Below the pieces are notes generated by a model. The model made no database searches. It was not told where the DNA came from and worked only from the letters and a program-made list of their open reading frames with translations. The position numbers and the translations under genes are program-made. Positions 10,679 through 20,754 of a stretch of 64,000 nucleotides of DNA are shown here, one piece after another (position 1 is the first letter of the stretch; every line of letters starts with the position of its first letter). This DNA comes from Porphyridium purpureum (lineage: Eukaryota): the NCBI GenBank assembly GCA_008690995.1, contig VRMN01000003.1:2232001-2296000 (forward strand), given 5' to 3'.

Positions 10679-11047
10679 CGCCGAAAACTCGGTCTCTTTC
10701 TGCGGCACGTACGCCCACGCCCACACGTTTTTTTTTTGTTTTCGACGCAGCGACGTACTGATGAGCGCGTAGATGCACACCTCTTCACTTCGGCCCTTGC
10801 TTGCGTTGCGCCACTCAAGCCGCCACCTTTAATCCCCGCCAACGCCCACACCACACACGCCGCATGCGCCGCGCCGCACCGCGCCGCACCGTTCTCGGTC
10901 TCAATTTGTGGTGTTGCGCGCCGCCATAGCAAAATGGGGCCGCGCGTGTATAGCGGTGGCGCGGGTGGCGAAACGCGACGCGCGCGGCTGCGATCGTGTC
11001 TTGAGGGGTACAGTGGATCATCGGCACTGTACATTAGGTACAGCAAT

Positions 11048-11130
11048 ACTGTACCGCAACACTGTACCGCAATACTGTACCGCAACACTGTACCGTAATA
11101 CTGTACCGCAACACTGTACCGTAATACTGT
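11048..11130. repeat. 13-bp tandem repeat ACTGTACCG(C/T)AA(C/T), six copies plus a partial
   Basis: Read directly from the sequence. Lies between two divergently transcribed genes. Confidence 0.95.
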
Positions 11131-11411
11131 GAATTTGGGCTATTTTTAGTAAATTTATTGGCAAGCGTGATGGATTTGTGGAGGAAGGGTGTGGTGGGTA
11201 CGCGGGTGCCGGGAGGGTGAGGGTGTGTGTCTGGGAGTGGCGGCACGCGCGGCGGAAGAGGGTGTGGGAGAGGAGGCGCGGCGCGGCGGAAGCTCGTTAA
11301 CTGCGCCGGGTGGGCGTGCCGCGGGTTTTGAATTTTGGGGGACCGTGGGGCAGGGGAAGGCCGGTGGAGTTGCGGCGTCTGCCTTGTAGACTGCGGGTGG
11401 GGTGTGCCGCG

Positions 11412-12167
11412 ATGAAGCGCAACAAGTCGCAGAAGACGGTGAACACCGAGCTGCGAGCTCGGCTCGAGGATACTTATGACCAGATTCAGATCATGCAGAC
11501 GAAGAACGCCGAGCTGCAGGCGAGGCAGGGTCGGCTGACAGTCATGGTCAAGCGGAACCAGGAGAAGCAAAAGGAGCTCGAGGAGCTTTCGATCCTGCAC
11601 GATGAGCTTATGGACCAGAGCGTCGAGAAGGAGGTGGAGCGGCGCGAGCTCCAGGCTCAAGCGTATTCGGACGCGTCGGAGGCGACCATCCAGCGGTTCA
11701 AGCATGACCAGGAAAAGCTCGACGCCGAGGAGAAGATGCTGCGCAAGGAGTTGGAGAATCTATGGAGGGTTGCCGAGATGAACTATGAGATCGAAAAGAC
11801 ACTCGAGTATCAGATCAAGCAGGAGGAGCTGCCGCTGCCTGAAGGGTATAAGGGCCTCAAGGCTTACGAAGCAATGCACGTGGAGTTGCCGGAGAATGAT
11901 CTGCGCGAGCTGTACGATCGACTGCCTTTATACGTCAAGAAGCCAAAGCTCTCATCGGAAGAAGTGGCCAAGATGAAGGCGGATAAAAAGGCCGCTGCGG
12001 ACAAAGTTGCCTTTAGCTACCTGAAGGAAGAAGAGACAAAGAGGGAGCTAGAGAAGCAAAAATCGAAAGGCAAGGGCGATTTGGGCGTCGGCGCCACGGG
12101 CGCCGCCAAGAAAGTTAATGGAAAGTGGGTTGTGAACGTCACAAGTCTGCAGGGCGCACCGCGGTGA
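11412..12167 (+). CDS. Coiled-coil protein of unknown function
   Basis: 251-codon ORF from MKRNKSQ, E/K/Q-rich heptads, with GC-rich third positions like neighbouring genes. Confidence 0.75.
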   Translation: MKRNKSQKTVNTELRARLEDTYDQIQIMQTKNAELQARQGRLTVMVKRNQEKQKELEELSILHDELMDQSVEKEVERRELQAQAYSDASEATIQRFKHDQEKLDAEEKMLRKELENLWRVAEMNYEIEKTLEYQIKQEELPLPEGYKGLKAYEAMHVELPENDLRELYDRLPLYVKKPKLSSEEVAKMKADKKAAADKVAFSYLKEEETKRELEKQKSKGKGDLGVGATGAAKKVNGKWVVNVTSLQGAPR

Positions 12168-12373
12168 AGCCGACCCCTTCTGCCGACGCTAGTAGCTGCG
12201 CGCCTCCGATCACTTTGGTAGCGCAGGAAAATAAAACGAAGGAAGACCGGCATCTTTCGCTTTATCCCTCAATTTGACTCGTCTGCTCCTTCGCCTCCCA
12301 CTGTACATCACCATCAAGCTGCGCTCGCACCGTGATCGTGCCAAGACTTGCCAATGCGTTCTGTCGCCCATTC

Positions 12374-13231
12374 ATGCTGCGAGCCCTTCTTCGGCGCTTG
12401 GGCGTGGGCCCGAGAACGCGGCGCAAGCACCGGGACTTCAATGCCGTAGACCGCGCGGCGCTGCGGACAGCAGAGAACGTGCCGGTGGTGGACATGCACA
12501 ACCCGGGCATCCGCGTCGAGCAGAACATCATCAAAAATGTCGAGGCCGAGCTGATGCTTTGTAGCGACCTGCGCGAGCTGGCGCGCTCGCTGGGCTTTAT
12601 GTCGTCCGAGCCGCAGCAGGTGTTCTCTGCGGCGGTGGCTGGCGCCGAAGAAGAGCGGCGCAAGTTGGGCGACGTGCAGGTCACACCCATTCGCGTGACC
12701 GGCCGCGACGAGCGCCAGCCCGCGGACAAGGTCGCGCCGTGGGGTCACGGTGACGCTTTTGACGTAACCAAGGTGCCGGCCTACTTGCAAGACGTCGAGC
12801 GGTCCATCCGCGCTCGAGATGCATTTGCCCTGGGTCCGCTGCGCGATGTCACCATCAACTATCGCCTGGGACGCATGTTCAAGCTCGATCCTCACATCGA
12901 CCCGGAGGCAGATGGCGAGAACGTGGTTATTGTTGGACTGAATTCAGACACCGTGCTGACCTTTACGCGCGGCGGTCAAGGGCTGCTGCGCACACCCGAA
13001 CAGATTGCGCGCCAGTCCTGGCACCCGGATGATATCGACGTCGCGTTTCCACGTCGTGCTGCCGTGTTTTTCAGTGGGGATGCACGGTATGTGTGGAAAC
13101 ACGCCATCCGCGCCGGCGTCCTGCTAGGGAAGCCGCACAACGTCATTTGTGACTGGTGGGGCGACCTGGCCAGGCTTGTGCCGCGCAGCGACGAGCGGAT
13201 TAGCGTGGTCATGGCGTTTGGCAAAGTTTGA
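12374..13231 (+). CDS. AlkB-family 2-oxoglutarate/Fe(II) dioxygenase
   Basis: VTINY, HxD (PHIDPE), FSGDARYVWKHAI and C-terminal RISVVM. The N-terminus MLRALLRRL resembles a mitochondrial presequence. Confidence 0.82.
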   Translation: MLRALLRRLGVGPRTRRKHRDFNAVDRAALRTAENVPVVDMHNPGIRVEQNIIKNVEAELMLCSDLRELARSLGFMSSEPQQVFSAAVAGAEEERRKLGDVQVTPIRVTGRDERQPADKVAPWGHGDAFDVTKVPAYLQDVERSIRARDAFALGPLRDVTINYRLGRMFKLDPHIDPEADGENVVIVGLNSDTVLTFTRGGQGLLRTPEQIARQSWHPDDIDVAFPRRAAVFFSGDARYVWKHAIRAGVLLGKPHNVICDWWGDLARLVPRSDERISVVMAFGKV

Positions 13232-13689
13232 TTCAGAGTCATTTTGCGGTGTGACTTTTGCACGTGGAGCGCAAGTTCAAAATCAGGACTCGCCATCACT
13301 TTGACAGGATCGACGGGTGGCGCATTTTGGCACTCTGGCTGCAATGAAAGTGGGGAAGGCTATTTTCGTCAAGCAAACGAGAAGGCGTCTTCGGTCGCTG
13401 GAGCCGAAAGACTTTCTAGTCTTCGGCATGGTGCATTTTGCTGGTCAGCAGTTGCACTGCGTCATAGACTCATCTTGCCATGACGTGTCTGTCAGTTGAG
13501 AAATCGAAGCGCCCCTTCGCTGACATCCGCATCTTGAGATACGAAAAAAGGGAAGGTGCGCCATCTTCCGTTTCTTTCTGGAACTTTTTCTCTTGATATT
13601 TTAACAAGCGCGTAGGCTCTAAGAAGATTAAACTCAGAGGGAGAGAAAAAAAAAGAAAGAAAGGACTCACTCTAATTGACTCGACAAAT

Positions 13690-15507
13690 CTACTTCAGTT
13701 CGTTATACGCTTCGACGGCAGCCTTCAGCCAAATGCCCACGGCCGTGGCTCCCGGATCTGCCGTACCCTTCATATCCTCGGCGGGAATGTAGCTCGATCG
13801 ACCAGCACCGGCCTTCCCCATGCTCGCCGTCGACGCCGCGCCCTTTACGGCGGCCTCTGCAGCCTGGTCCGCATTTTCTGCTTCCAGCGCAGGTACAAGC
13901 GCGTCGATCATAGTGCGCATTCCCTTCTTCGCACCGCCATAGAACATGATTGCTTCCGTCCCTGCTTTCAGCCCACCAAGCCAGCCCTGCTTGTCAACCT
14001 CGGCGGCTGCGCCTTGAAAGCCCAGCGAGTACAGGATCCCGCTCGTCCCGCCCATGCTATTTCCAACGCAGATTCCCAAGGCAGACAAAAGATCTGCATT
14101 TGAGTTGAGCGGCAGCTTATCCAAGTCTGCTATCACGCGCTCGGCGCCCTGCTTGAGCGTGAGCCCGCAGTCCCCGTCGCCAACAATAAGGTCCGCCGCG
14201 GTGAGATCCGGCTCGGCCTTGATAATTGACTCTGCTGCGCGCTTGATCACTTCTCTCTTCAGTTTTGCCGCTGCGTCCAATGTCTTTGGAGCTTCAAAGG
14301 TTGCTTCCTCGGGCGCCGGACACGGCTTGACTTCAATGTCTGCCTTGTAAGGCTTGGGCTGGACCCACGCGCTGGCCGTCGTGGGCGCATACAAAAGTTC
14401 ACGAACCTCGTCGTGACACGAGACGTCCAGCAACGTGAGCGAAAAGCCAGCCATGTCCAGGCTCGTCATGGCTGTATTGACCATCACACTGTCAATGTTC
14501 GTGAAGCCGGCCTTGTGCAGCGCCTCACATGCATCTCCCACCACGACGCTCATTTCAAGTGGCGGCAGCGAGCCCAGATTGTTGACCAAAAGCGCGTACG
14601 GTTTGCTTTTCTTGTCCTCGCCGAGTCGCTTGGAGAAAAATTCAACAAGATGTGAACACGTTTCGGCGGAAGAACCCATGGTCCTGCGCTCCACACCGGG
14701 CTCGCCGTGGATGCCAAGCCCGTACTCCACCAAGTCACCATCCAGCCGGTCGCTCGGCTTGGAGCCCGGCTGTGAACAAACCGTCATGCTCATGCCGATC
14801 GAGTACACGTTCTTGGCCGCGGCGGAGGCGATTTCGTGCACCTTGTCGAGATCGTACCCTTTCTGAGCGGCTGCCCCAGCCAGCTTGTGGACCAGCACGA
14901 CGCCCGCAATGCCGCGCGGCTGCGGCGCGTCCTCAATGGCAATATCATCACCAACAATGAGCATGCGGCACGGAATGCCATTCTTCTTGGCCTTTTCCAG
15001 CGCCACGCCGAAATTGAGCCGATCGCCCGTGTAATTCTTGACGATAATCAATGCGCCCTTCTCGCCGGCGACGGCTTTGATACCCGCGAGTACTGCTTCA
15101 GTGCTAGGACTGGCAAACACATCCCCACAAACGGCTGCGGACAGCATGCCCTCGCCGACCCAGCCGGCGTGGGACGGCTCATGGCCCGATCCGCCGCCGG
15201 ACAGCAGCGCGACCTCAACTTTTCTATTGGCGGTGTCGTCATTGCGCACAACGACTCGCACCGAGTTCTGGTATTCCAGGCGCGCCAGTGCGCCGCCCGA
15301 GTGCTGAAGCGCGCCCTTGATCGCGTCCTCCACAATATTGTGCGACGGGTTGTACATGCGCTTACGCACTGGCTCTCCCGACATACGCATAGCTCCTACC
15401 CTGCGCGGCGCAAGATCCAAGTGAACGCCGCCTCGTGGCGTCGAGGCCAGGCCGTGCGCCGAGTTGGGCACAAATGCCGCATGCCAGCGCGCGTCTGTCT
15501 GCGCCAT
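13690..15507 (-). CDS. DAK: Dihydroxyacetone kinase / triokinase (Dak1-Dak2 fusion) with an N-terminal extension
   Basis: SGGGSGHEPSHAGWVG, IVKNYTGDRLNFG, GLGIHGEPG, GDGDCG, MGGTSG, RTMIDAL, AGRSSY and DPGA motifs. Confidence 0.93.
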   Translation of the reverse strand: MAQTDARWHAAFVPNSAHGLASTPRGGVHLDLAPRRVGAMRMSGEPVRKRMYNPSHNIVEDAIKGALQHSGGALARLEYQNSVRVVVRNDDTANRKVEVALLSGGGSGHEPSHAGWVGEGMLSAAVCGDVFASPSTEAVLAGIKAVAGEKGALIIVKNYTGDRLNFGVALEKAKKNGIPCRMLIVGDDIAIEDAPQPRGIAGVVLVHKLAGAAAQKGYDLDKVHEIASAAAKNVYSIGMSMTVCSQPGSKPSDRLDGDLVEYGLGIHGEPGVERRTMGSSAETCSHLVEFFSKRLGEDKKSKPYALLVNNLGSLPPLEMSVVVGDACEALHKAGFTNIDSVMVNTAMTSLDMAGFSLTLLDVSCHDEVRELLYAPTTASAWVQPKPYKADIEVKPCPAPEEATFEAPKTLDAAAKLKREVIKRAAESIIKAEPDLTAADLIVGDGDCGLTLKQGAERVIADLDKLPLNSNADLLSALGICVGNSMGGTSGILYSLGFQGAAAEVDKQGWLGGLKAGTEAIMFYGGAKKGMRTMIDALVPALEAENADQAAEAAVKGAASTASMGKAGAGRSSYIPAEDMKGTADPGATAVGIWLKAAVEAYNELK

Positions 15508-16018
15508 CCTGCCTTGAGACCCCTGCAAACTGCGGCCAACTCCAACCAATGCCAAACACCAAGCGAGTGCAAATGCGCAAGATCAATGCGCGGCTCACTG
15601 GGCAACCTCCTTGCTTACGACCGTATCAAACGACCTTTCCCCGACTTATACGCTTCGTCCCTTGCGCTCTTCCACCCACGAGTCCAAATCTGGACGTGCA
15701 GCCGCTTTTCTCAATTTTTCGCGCTTGGAAGAAAAAATCGCGTCCTTCATCGCTGGAAGGGTACAGCGGTGTTCAGTCGGACTCCCGTAAGACGGCTGTA
15801 CTTTCGCGCTGTACCGATTACGCGCTGCCTTCGCGCTCGGTGCGGGTTCGCAGAAGCGCTGCATTGCGCGCGCGCGCACGAGGCGGAAGAGATGATGGCT
15901 GCTCTCTGCTCCCGAGTACCAGGATAGTCGAAGCGTATGGCTCTTTAGTTGCAGAAAATCTACGCTGTCTCTTTTGTGGTTCTTCCAAGCCGTTGTAAAG
16001 CTCATTCACCTCTTGCTG

Positions 16019-19000
16019 CTACCACTTCGTCCGATATGTTTCCTCGTATGACTTGACCCTGCGAAGTTGAGTCACACGCACAAAACCCTCCGGCAGATTG
16101 TTCTCTGACTCCGCATTAAATGTCCTTGCGTGCACATCCCGTTCAATGAAGTTCTCCACATCGTGATCGCTCAGGACGCCGACACTGTGTCGGGGCGTAC
16201 TGCTCCGTGAGCTGAAGTCTTCTCGACTCTGCCAACGCCTGCGTACTGAGGGTATGACCACCAGAGCAGCACCGACAAGAAGCAGCGCGCCGGCCAGTGA
16301 GCCAAAGACAATGCCGACGATTTGCCACAACTCAGCTGACGCCTCAGCGGCTTCGGTGCTCATCTGCAGGGAACGAATAAAGCTTGACGGGTTCTGCTTT
16401 TGTGTTTCTTCACTGATCAATTCAATCCGTTGAAGCACTTCATCCAAATTGTTGCGCTGGGTCACGCGCAGCGCCGACGTAATGATTTGTTCCATTTGAC
16501 GGAGTCCCCGCTTTAAAAATTGCTCCCTGGACATACTTGCTGGGACGTTTTCACTCATACCTAGTAAATCGTTGACAAACACAGAATCATCGCGCATACT
16601 CTCTAGAAGACCTAGCCCGCCTTTTGCGGAAAACAGCAGATCGGTAACCACGTCCATGAGCTCGCTGGCAAAAGCAAAAGCGTCGTCACCACCAGATACA
16701 GCACTCGCGAGCTTCATCTCTGGTCTCAGATGCATACCTTTGACGTTCTGTACATGTTTTGCACCAGTGGAGGCGCGTAGTCCTTGCTGCTGGTCTTCTG
16801 GTCCATCACGGGCAGATTCATTCAAATGATTCTCGAAGGAATCAAGGAGAACAGCGTTCGCAGGCGAAATCAGTGCAGAGTTCAACTCACTCATCATACT
16901 ACGCACACTCAAGTTGAGAACGGAAATCGTGTCGACAACTCGATCAAGTGAATCCCGGTTTTCATCTGCGCGCATGCTGCATTCTCGAAGCTGAATTCGT
17001 TCCTGGGACAAACCAGATTGGCAACTGGACGCCAAGGTCAAACAACTTTCTGATCTGCTGAAAAAGTGGCTCGCAAATCGATTCATGAGGACGGCGTCTG
17101 CAAGTTCGTCAAGACGCTCAGAGTCGTCCTGTCGAGCGAAAGGATCGATAGCATAAGGAAAGGCGAATGAGTCATACTGCAATCGATTGCCCACAGGACA
17201 TAGCACATCACACGACACGCGAACGTAAATACTCGTCCTGCTCCGCGACGAAGTGACTCGGGTGCACTGGATGCTGTCCAGCTGGGCTGGCGTGAGCATC
17301 GAAGCCGTTCTTTCAGACTCCGTGTTGCGCCGCGCAGACTCCAGTTCCTGCTTTCGGGCTTCCGATTTTTTCATCGCTATTTCGCGTTCCTTTTCGAGCC
17401 TCGCGAGATCATTGCCAAGGATTTTTTCGGTGGACTCAGCCTCTCTGAGCGCCGCATCTGCCTTTTCCATTTTCTCTTTTTGCTCCTGGAGCTTCATAGC
17501 AGCTGCTGTCTTTTCCGCCTGAAGCTTCCGCACCTCTTCTTCTCGCCTTTCGGCACTTTGTACGCGCTCATACTGCCGCTTCTCACATTCTTCGTCGAGT
17601 GTCCGCTTTGTATCTCTGCATCCGCAAACCTCTCTGCAGAAACCGGCTGCACATATCTTCCAATTTTTTCGCTCGATTTCAACCCTGCAGCCAAAAGCTG
17701 TGTGTTCTGTGCGCCCCGGGCAGGAGTGCTCCCGAGCCGCTCTCTCGCAAAGATCGTATCCAATATCCTTCCAAATGTTGCGATAATGCTCTCCGAGCTT
17801 GTTCAGGTACTCTTTCACAGCATTAGCCCCTTGGAACCAGACGAAAAGGCCACGCGCAATGGCGTCAAAGTCAGGCACGATGCGGTCGCACACTTCGTTC
17901 GCAAGTATGCCGCCTCCAGCGAGTTCTTGACATACATCTTTCATCAGAGCTTCCAATTCGGCCCCTTTCTCTTCTATTTCCTTTGCTGCCTTGTTTAGAG
18001 CCTTGCCTGCGTCCTCCCACGCCGACTCCGCAAATTTCGCTGTGTTTCGCAGTACCGGAATCTTATTTGCGTGATGTTGCAGCTTGTCCAACCCTTTGTT
18101 AACTTCCTTCTCAGCGTTGTTCAGAAACTTACCGGCACCTTCCAGGGCCTCTTCTGCTCCGCCTACGACTTTATCCACCACCTCGGCCCCCCCTTCAATC
18201 ACATCGCCTAGGAGCTCCTCAATCCTTTTGAAGAGCGTCCAATCGACCTCCCAATCCCAGTCCAGAGGAGAGTTGAATACATTACCGGTCACTGACATCC
18301 GAACACTGGCTCTGGACTTGTCTGCTCCCGTCAACGTGATGTCTAGTTTTCCTGAGAAATCTGCATCAAAGTCGCCACCGGGCCGAACAATGAGTCCAAT
18401 TTCCACGAAGCCTTCAATCTTTGCTGACAAGGTGGACACCGTAGCGCCTCCTCGAAAGATGACGAGCAAATGTCCACCTGCACTGGCCGCTAGAATAAAT
18501 TCAATGGAGTCACATTCCACTCTGACGGTCTTCCCTGAATTGAAGGTTGCTTGCACTCGTAACGATGTCAGAAAGAACGCGTCATCCCGACTGAAACCCG
18601 CGTCGATCAGCCGACTGCCGTCAAAGGCCAGCATCCCGCACGCATCACTGTCCCTGCAGCACTGTTGAATGGCGGACAGACGATCCCACGCTCCGGCAGA
18701 CATAAAATGCAACTGCAGTACGGCATCAAGCCTCAGTCCAAAGATACTTCCGGTGAATCGCTGCCTCGCAGAGAAGGATTCAATGGCCGAGTCCCGCACG
18801 ACGAGCGCAAGCTCACCAGTCTGTTCTCCGGACAAAGATCTCAGAATTTCGTTCAGGCGCGACTTACCTCCCTGCACATTCTCTGGCATGCCGCTTCGAA
18901 GAGCCAGAAAGAGCCCGAGCGGGGCGCAGTCTTCGTTCTCAGACTCGAAGCGGACCACAGCTGAGGCCATAGAGCCCGGAATATTGAAACTTGTCTTGTC

Positions 19001-20050
19001 ATTGTCATCAGCGCTAAATCTGATCTCGAACTTGAGGTCCACCTTGTCCAAATCAAGCATCACTTCGCGGGGGCCCACAAGCAGCGACAAGTCGCCACCA
19101 AAGGTAAACGACACGCTTGGATACGTGGGTTGCATGTCGGTCGGCAAATACAGCTCCAAGCGCGCGCTTGCCCAAAACTTGGCATCTCTCGTGGACACTT
19201 GATGTGTCTTGAAACCGTCCCAGAGCGGCACAGCGCTCGTCCTACCCAGCGCTCCGCTTACTGAGTGGAAAAGGCCTCGGAAACAGACACGCGTCGGAAT
19301 CACGAACGGAATGGGAACGCAGAGCGCCTTTGCCAGCTTTCCTGTCGGATTGATCTGCACGCCTAAAGACTTTGCGAATCCGTCGCAGGCTGCTGCCGCA
19401 AGGCAGATTGGCTCGTCGGCAAATGCGGACTCAGAGGAGGCGCCAAAAGAGACTAGCGCATTCTCAGATCCGATCAGAGACACGAGCTTTTCAGCAAACG
19501 GAAGCTTCTTCAGGACCACGAATTCTAACTGGGTGTCCGTCGCATCCATAACTCCTTGCATGGTGTGGAACGCATGATTGCTATCCAGCGGGAGCTTGTC
19601 GCACAAATTTCCGGCGGAGGCCGCTGCGCCAGACGCAATGCTCTGACGAAACGAAAATATTGCGCCCCCGCGCGCCCGCAAAGTGTCCTGAGGTAAAAAC
19701 GAGTTCAAATCCACGTCAATCGTGCTTTGGCATTCGCGCACGTCAAGGCTGAGGTCCTGATGTACGCCGGCTCGGCAAACAGAATCAAATTCAATTGTTG
19801 ATCCAGTGCTCGTTCTCAACGCCCTTACTTTTCCGGAGTAGAAGTCGCGATTCGGGCCGCCAGAAAAGGGCGCACATCCCGAGAATGACACATACTCGCC
19901 TTCGCATCCTGCTAGCGGCGCCTGGCGAGAGAAGTCGTTTCCTGGCGCGCACTGAAGATGACCACTGAACGGCGTCAGCACGGGAGCCCCATGCGCTGCT
20001 TGAGAAGCAAGAAGGGCAAGGCAGACCAGCGCAAAAACAAGCCGCGCCAT
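16019..20050 (-). CDS. Large type I membrane protein (signal peptide, beta/Cys-rich region, amphipathic helical repeats, coiled coil, TM, short tail)
   Basis: 1343-aa ORF with signal peptide MARLVFALVCLALLASQAAHG and TM IVGIVFGSLAGALLLVGAALVVI. No family recognised. Confidence 0.8.
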   Translation of the reverse strand: MARLVFALVCLALLASQAAHGAPVLTPFSGHLQCAPGNDFSRQAPLAGCEGEYVSFSGCAPFSGGPNRDFYSGKVRALRTSTGSTIEFDSVCRAGVHQDLSLDVRECQSTIDVDLNSFLPQDTLRARGGAIFSFRQSIASGAAASAGNLCDKLPLDSNHAFHTMQGVMDATDTQLEFVVLKKLPFAEKLVSLIGSENALVSFGASSESAFADEPICLAAAACDGFAKSLGVQINPTGKLAKALCVPIPFVIPTRVCFRGLFHSVSGALGRTSAVPLWDGFKTHQVSTRDAKFWASARLELYLPTDMQPTYPSVSFTFGGDLSLLVGPREVMLDLDKVDLKFEIRFSADDNDKTSFNIPGSMASAVVRFESENEDCAPLGLFLALRSGMPENVQGGKSRLNEILRSLSGEQTGELALVVRDSAIESFSARQRFTGSIFGLRLDAVLQLHFMSAGAWDRLSAIQQCCRDSDACGMLAFDGSRLIDAGFSRDDAFFLTSLRVQATFNSGKTVRVECDSIEFILAASAGGHLLVIFRGGATVSTLSAKIEGFVEIGLIVRPGGDFDADFSGKLDITLTGADKSRASVRMSVTGNVFNSPLDWDWEVDWTLFKRIEELLGDVIEGGAEVVDKVVGGAEEALEGAGKFLNNAEKEVNKGLDKLQHHANKIPVLRNTAKFAESAWEDAGKALNKAAKEIEEKGAELEALMKDVCQELAGGGILANEVCDRIVPDFDAIARGLFVWFQGANAVKEYLNKLGEHYRNIWKDIGYDLCERAAREHSCPGRTEHTAFGCRVEIERKNWKICAAGFCREVCGCRDTKRTLDEECEKRQYERVQSAERREEEVRKLQAEKTAAAMKLQEQKEKMEKADAALREAESTEKILGNDLARLEKEREIAMKKSEARKQELESARRNTESERTASMLTPAQLDSIQCTRVTSSRSRTSIYVRVSCDVLCPVGNRLQYDSFAFPYAIDPFARQDDSERLDELADAVLMNRFASHFFSRSESCLTLASSCQSGLSQERIQLRECSMRADENRDSLDRVVDTISVLNLSVRSMMSELNSALISPANAVLLDSFENHLNESARDGPEDQQQGLRASTGAKHVQNVKGMHLRPEMKLASAVSGGDDAFAFASELMDVVTDLLFSAKGGLGLLESMRDDSVFVNDLLGMSENVPASMSREQFLKRGLRQMEQIITSALRVTQRNNLDEVLQRIELISEETQKQNPSSFIRSLQMSTEAAEASAELWQIVGIVFGSLAGALLLVGAALVVIPSVRRRWQSREDFSSRSSTPRHSVGVLSDHDVENFIERDVHARTFNAESENNLPEGFVRVTQLRRVKSYEETYRTKW

Positions 20051-20754
20051 AGGCCACTGCTGCTTCCTGCACGTTGGCCTAGTCTGCGCTTATCCCTTTG
20101 CAGTGAAAAGGACTTCCCTGCCTGTCCCGCGAGCGCGGCGTCCATTTTTACCGGTTGTCGATCAACGACTGTGAGTCACTTAGAGACGCACATCCGGCCG
20201 CCTCGCAGCAACCACCACCAATCAGTAACGCGGCCGAACCTTCCGGCGCACGTGGGTCAACCGAGGAGCAAGGCCATCCCAGAAAGCCAAAGTCACAAAA
20301 AGAAGAAAAAGAAGGCACCTAGAAATTCAACCGAGCAAATCCGGCCTGAGCCAACTCGATTCCTCGCGATTCGAGAAAATCCGCCTAGTTTTGTATAAGT
20401 CTCCATTTCTGACGCCGCTTTTCACTGAAGTTGGTGCTCATCAAAACGCGAAAAAACGAAAGCGGCCCGATTTTCGGCTCCACTTCCTGGGCTCCAATTA
20501 ATATGCTGATTATGAATTTGAGCGATTGGCTACGTTTTCTCCCCGCCTTCTTTCGGCGGGCTGACTTACTGTCAAATGAAGAGAACTACTTTCTGACGCC
20601 GGCGCTTGTCATCGCAACGAGACTGGCGTTGCGCGCGTGCGGATAAGTACAGAACAAGAGCCGATGTTGTGGTAGACCCGGGGCCGCGACGTGGGAGAGA
20701 CTGTCGACTGGCCCTGCTGATGATTGACACCAACACAGTCGGAGGCCTTCAAAC

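Noticed and set aside
11048..11130. Possible CRISPR array
   Set aside because: Contiguous 13-bp units with no unique spacers, no cas genes, and a eukaryotic context.
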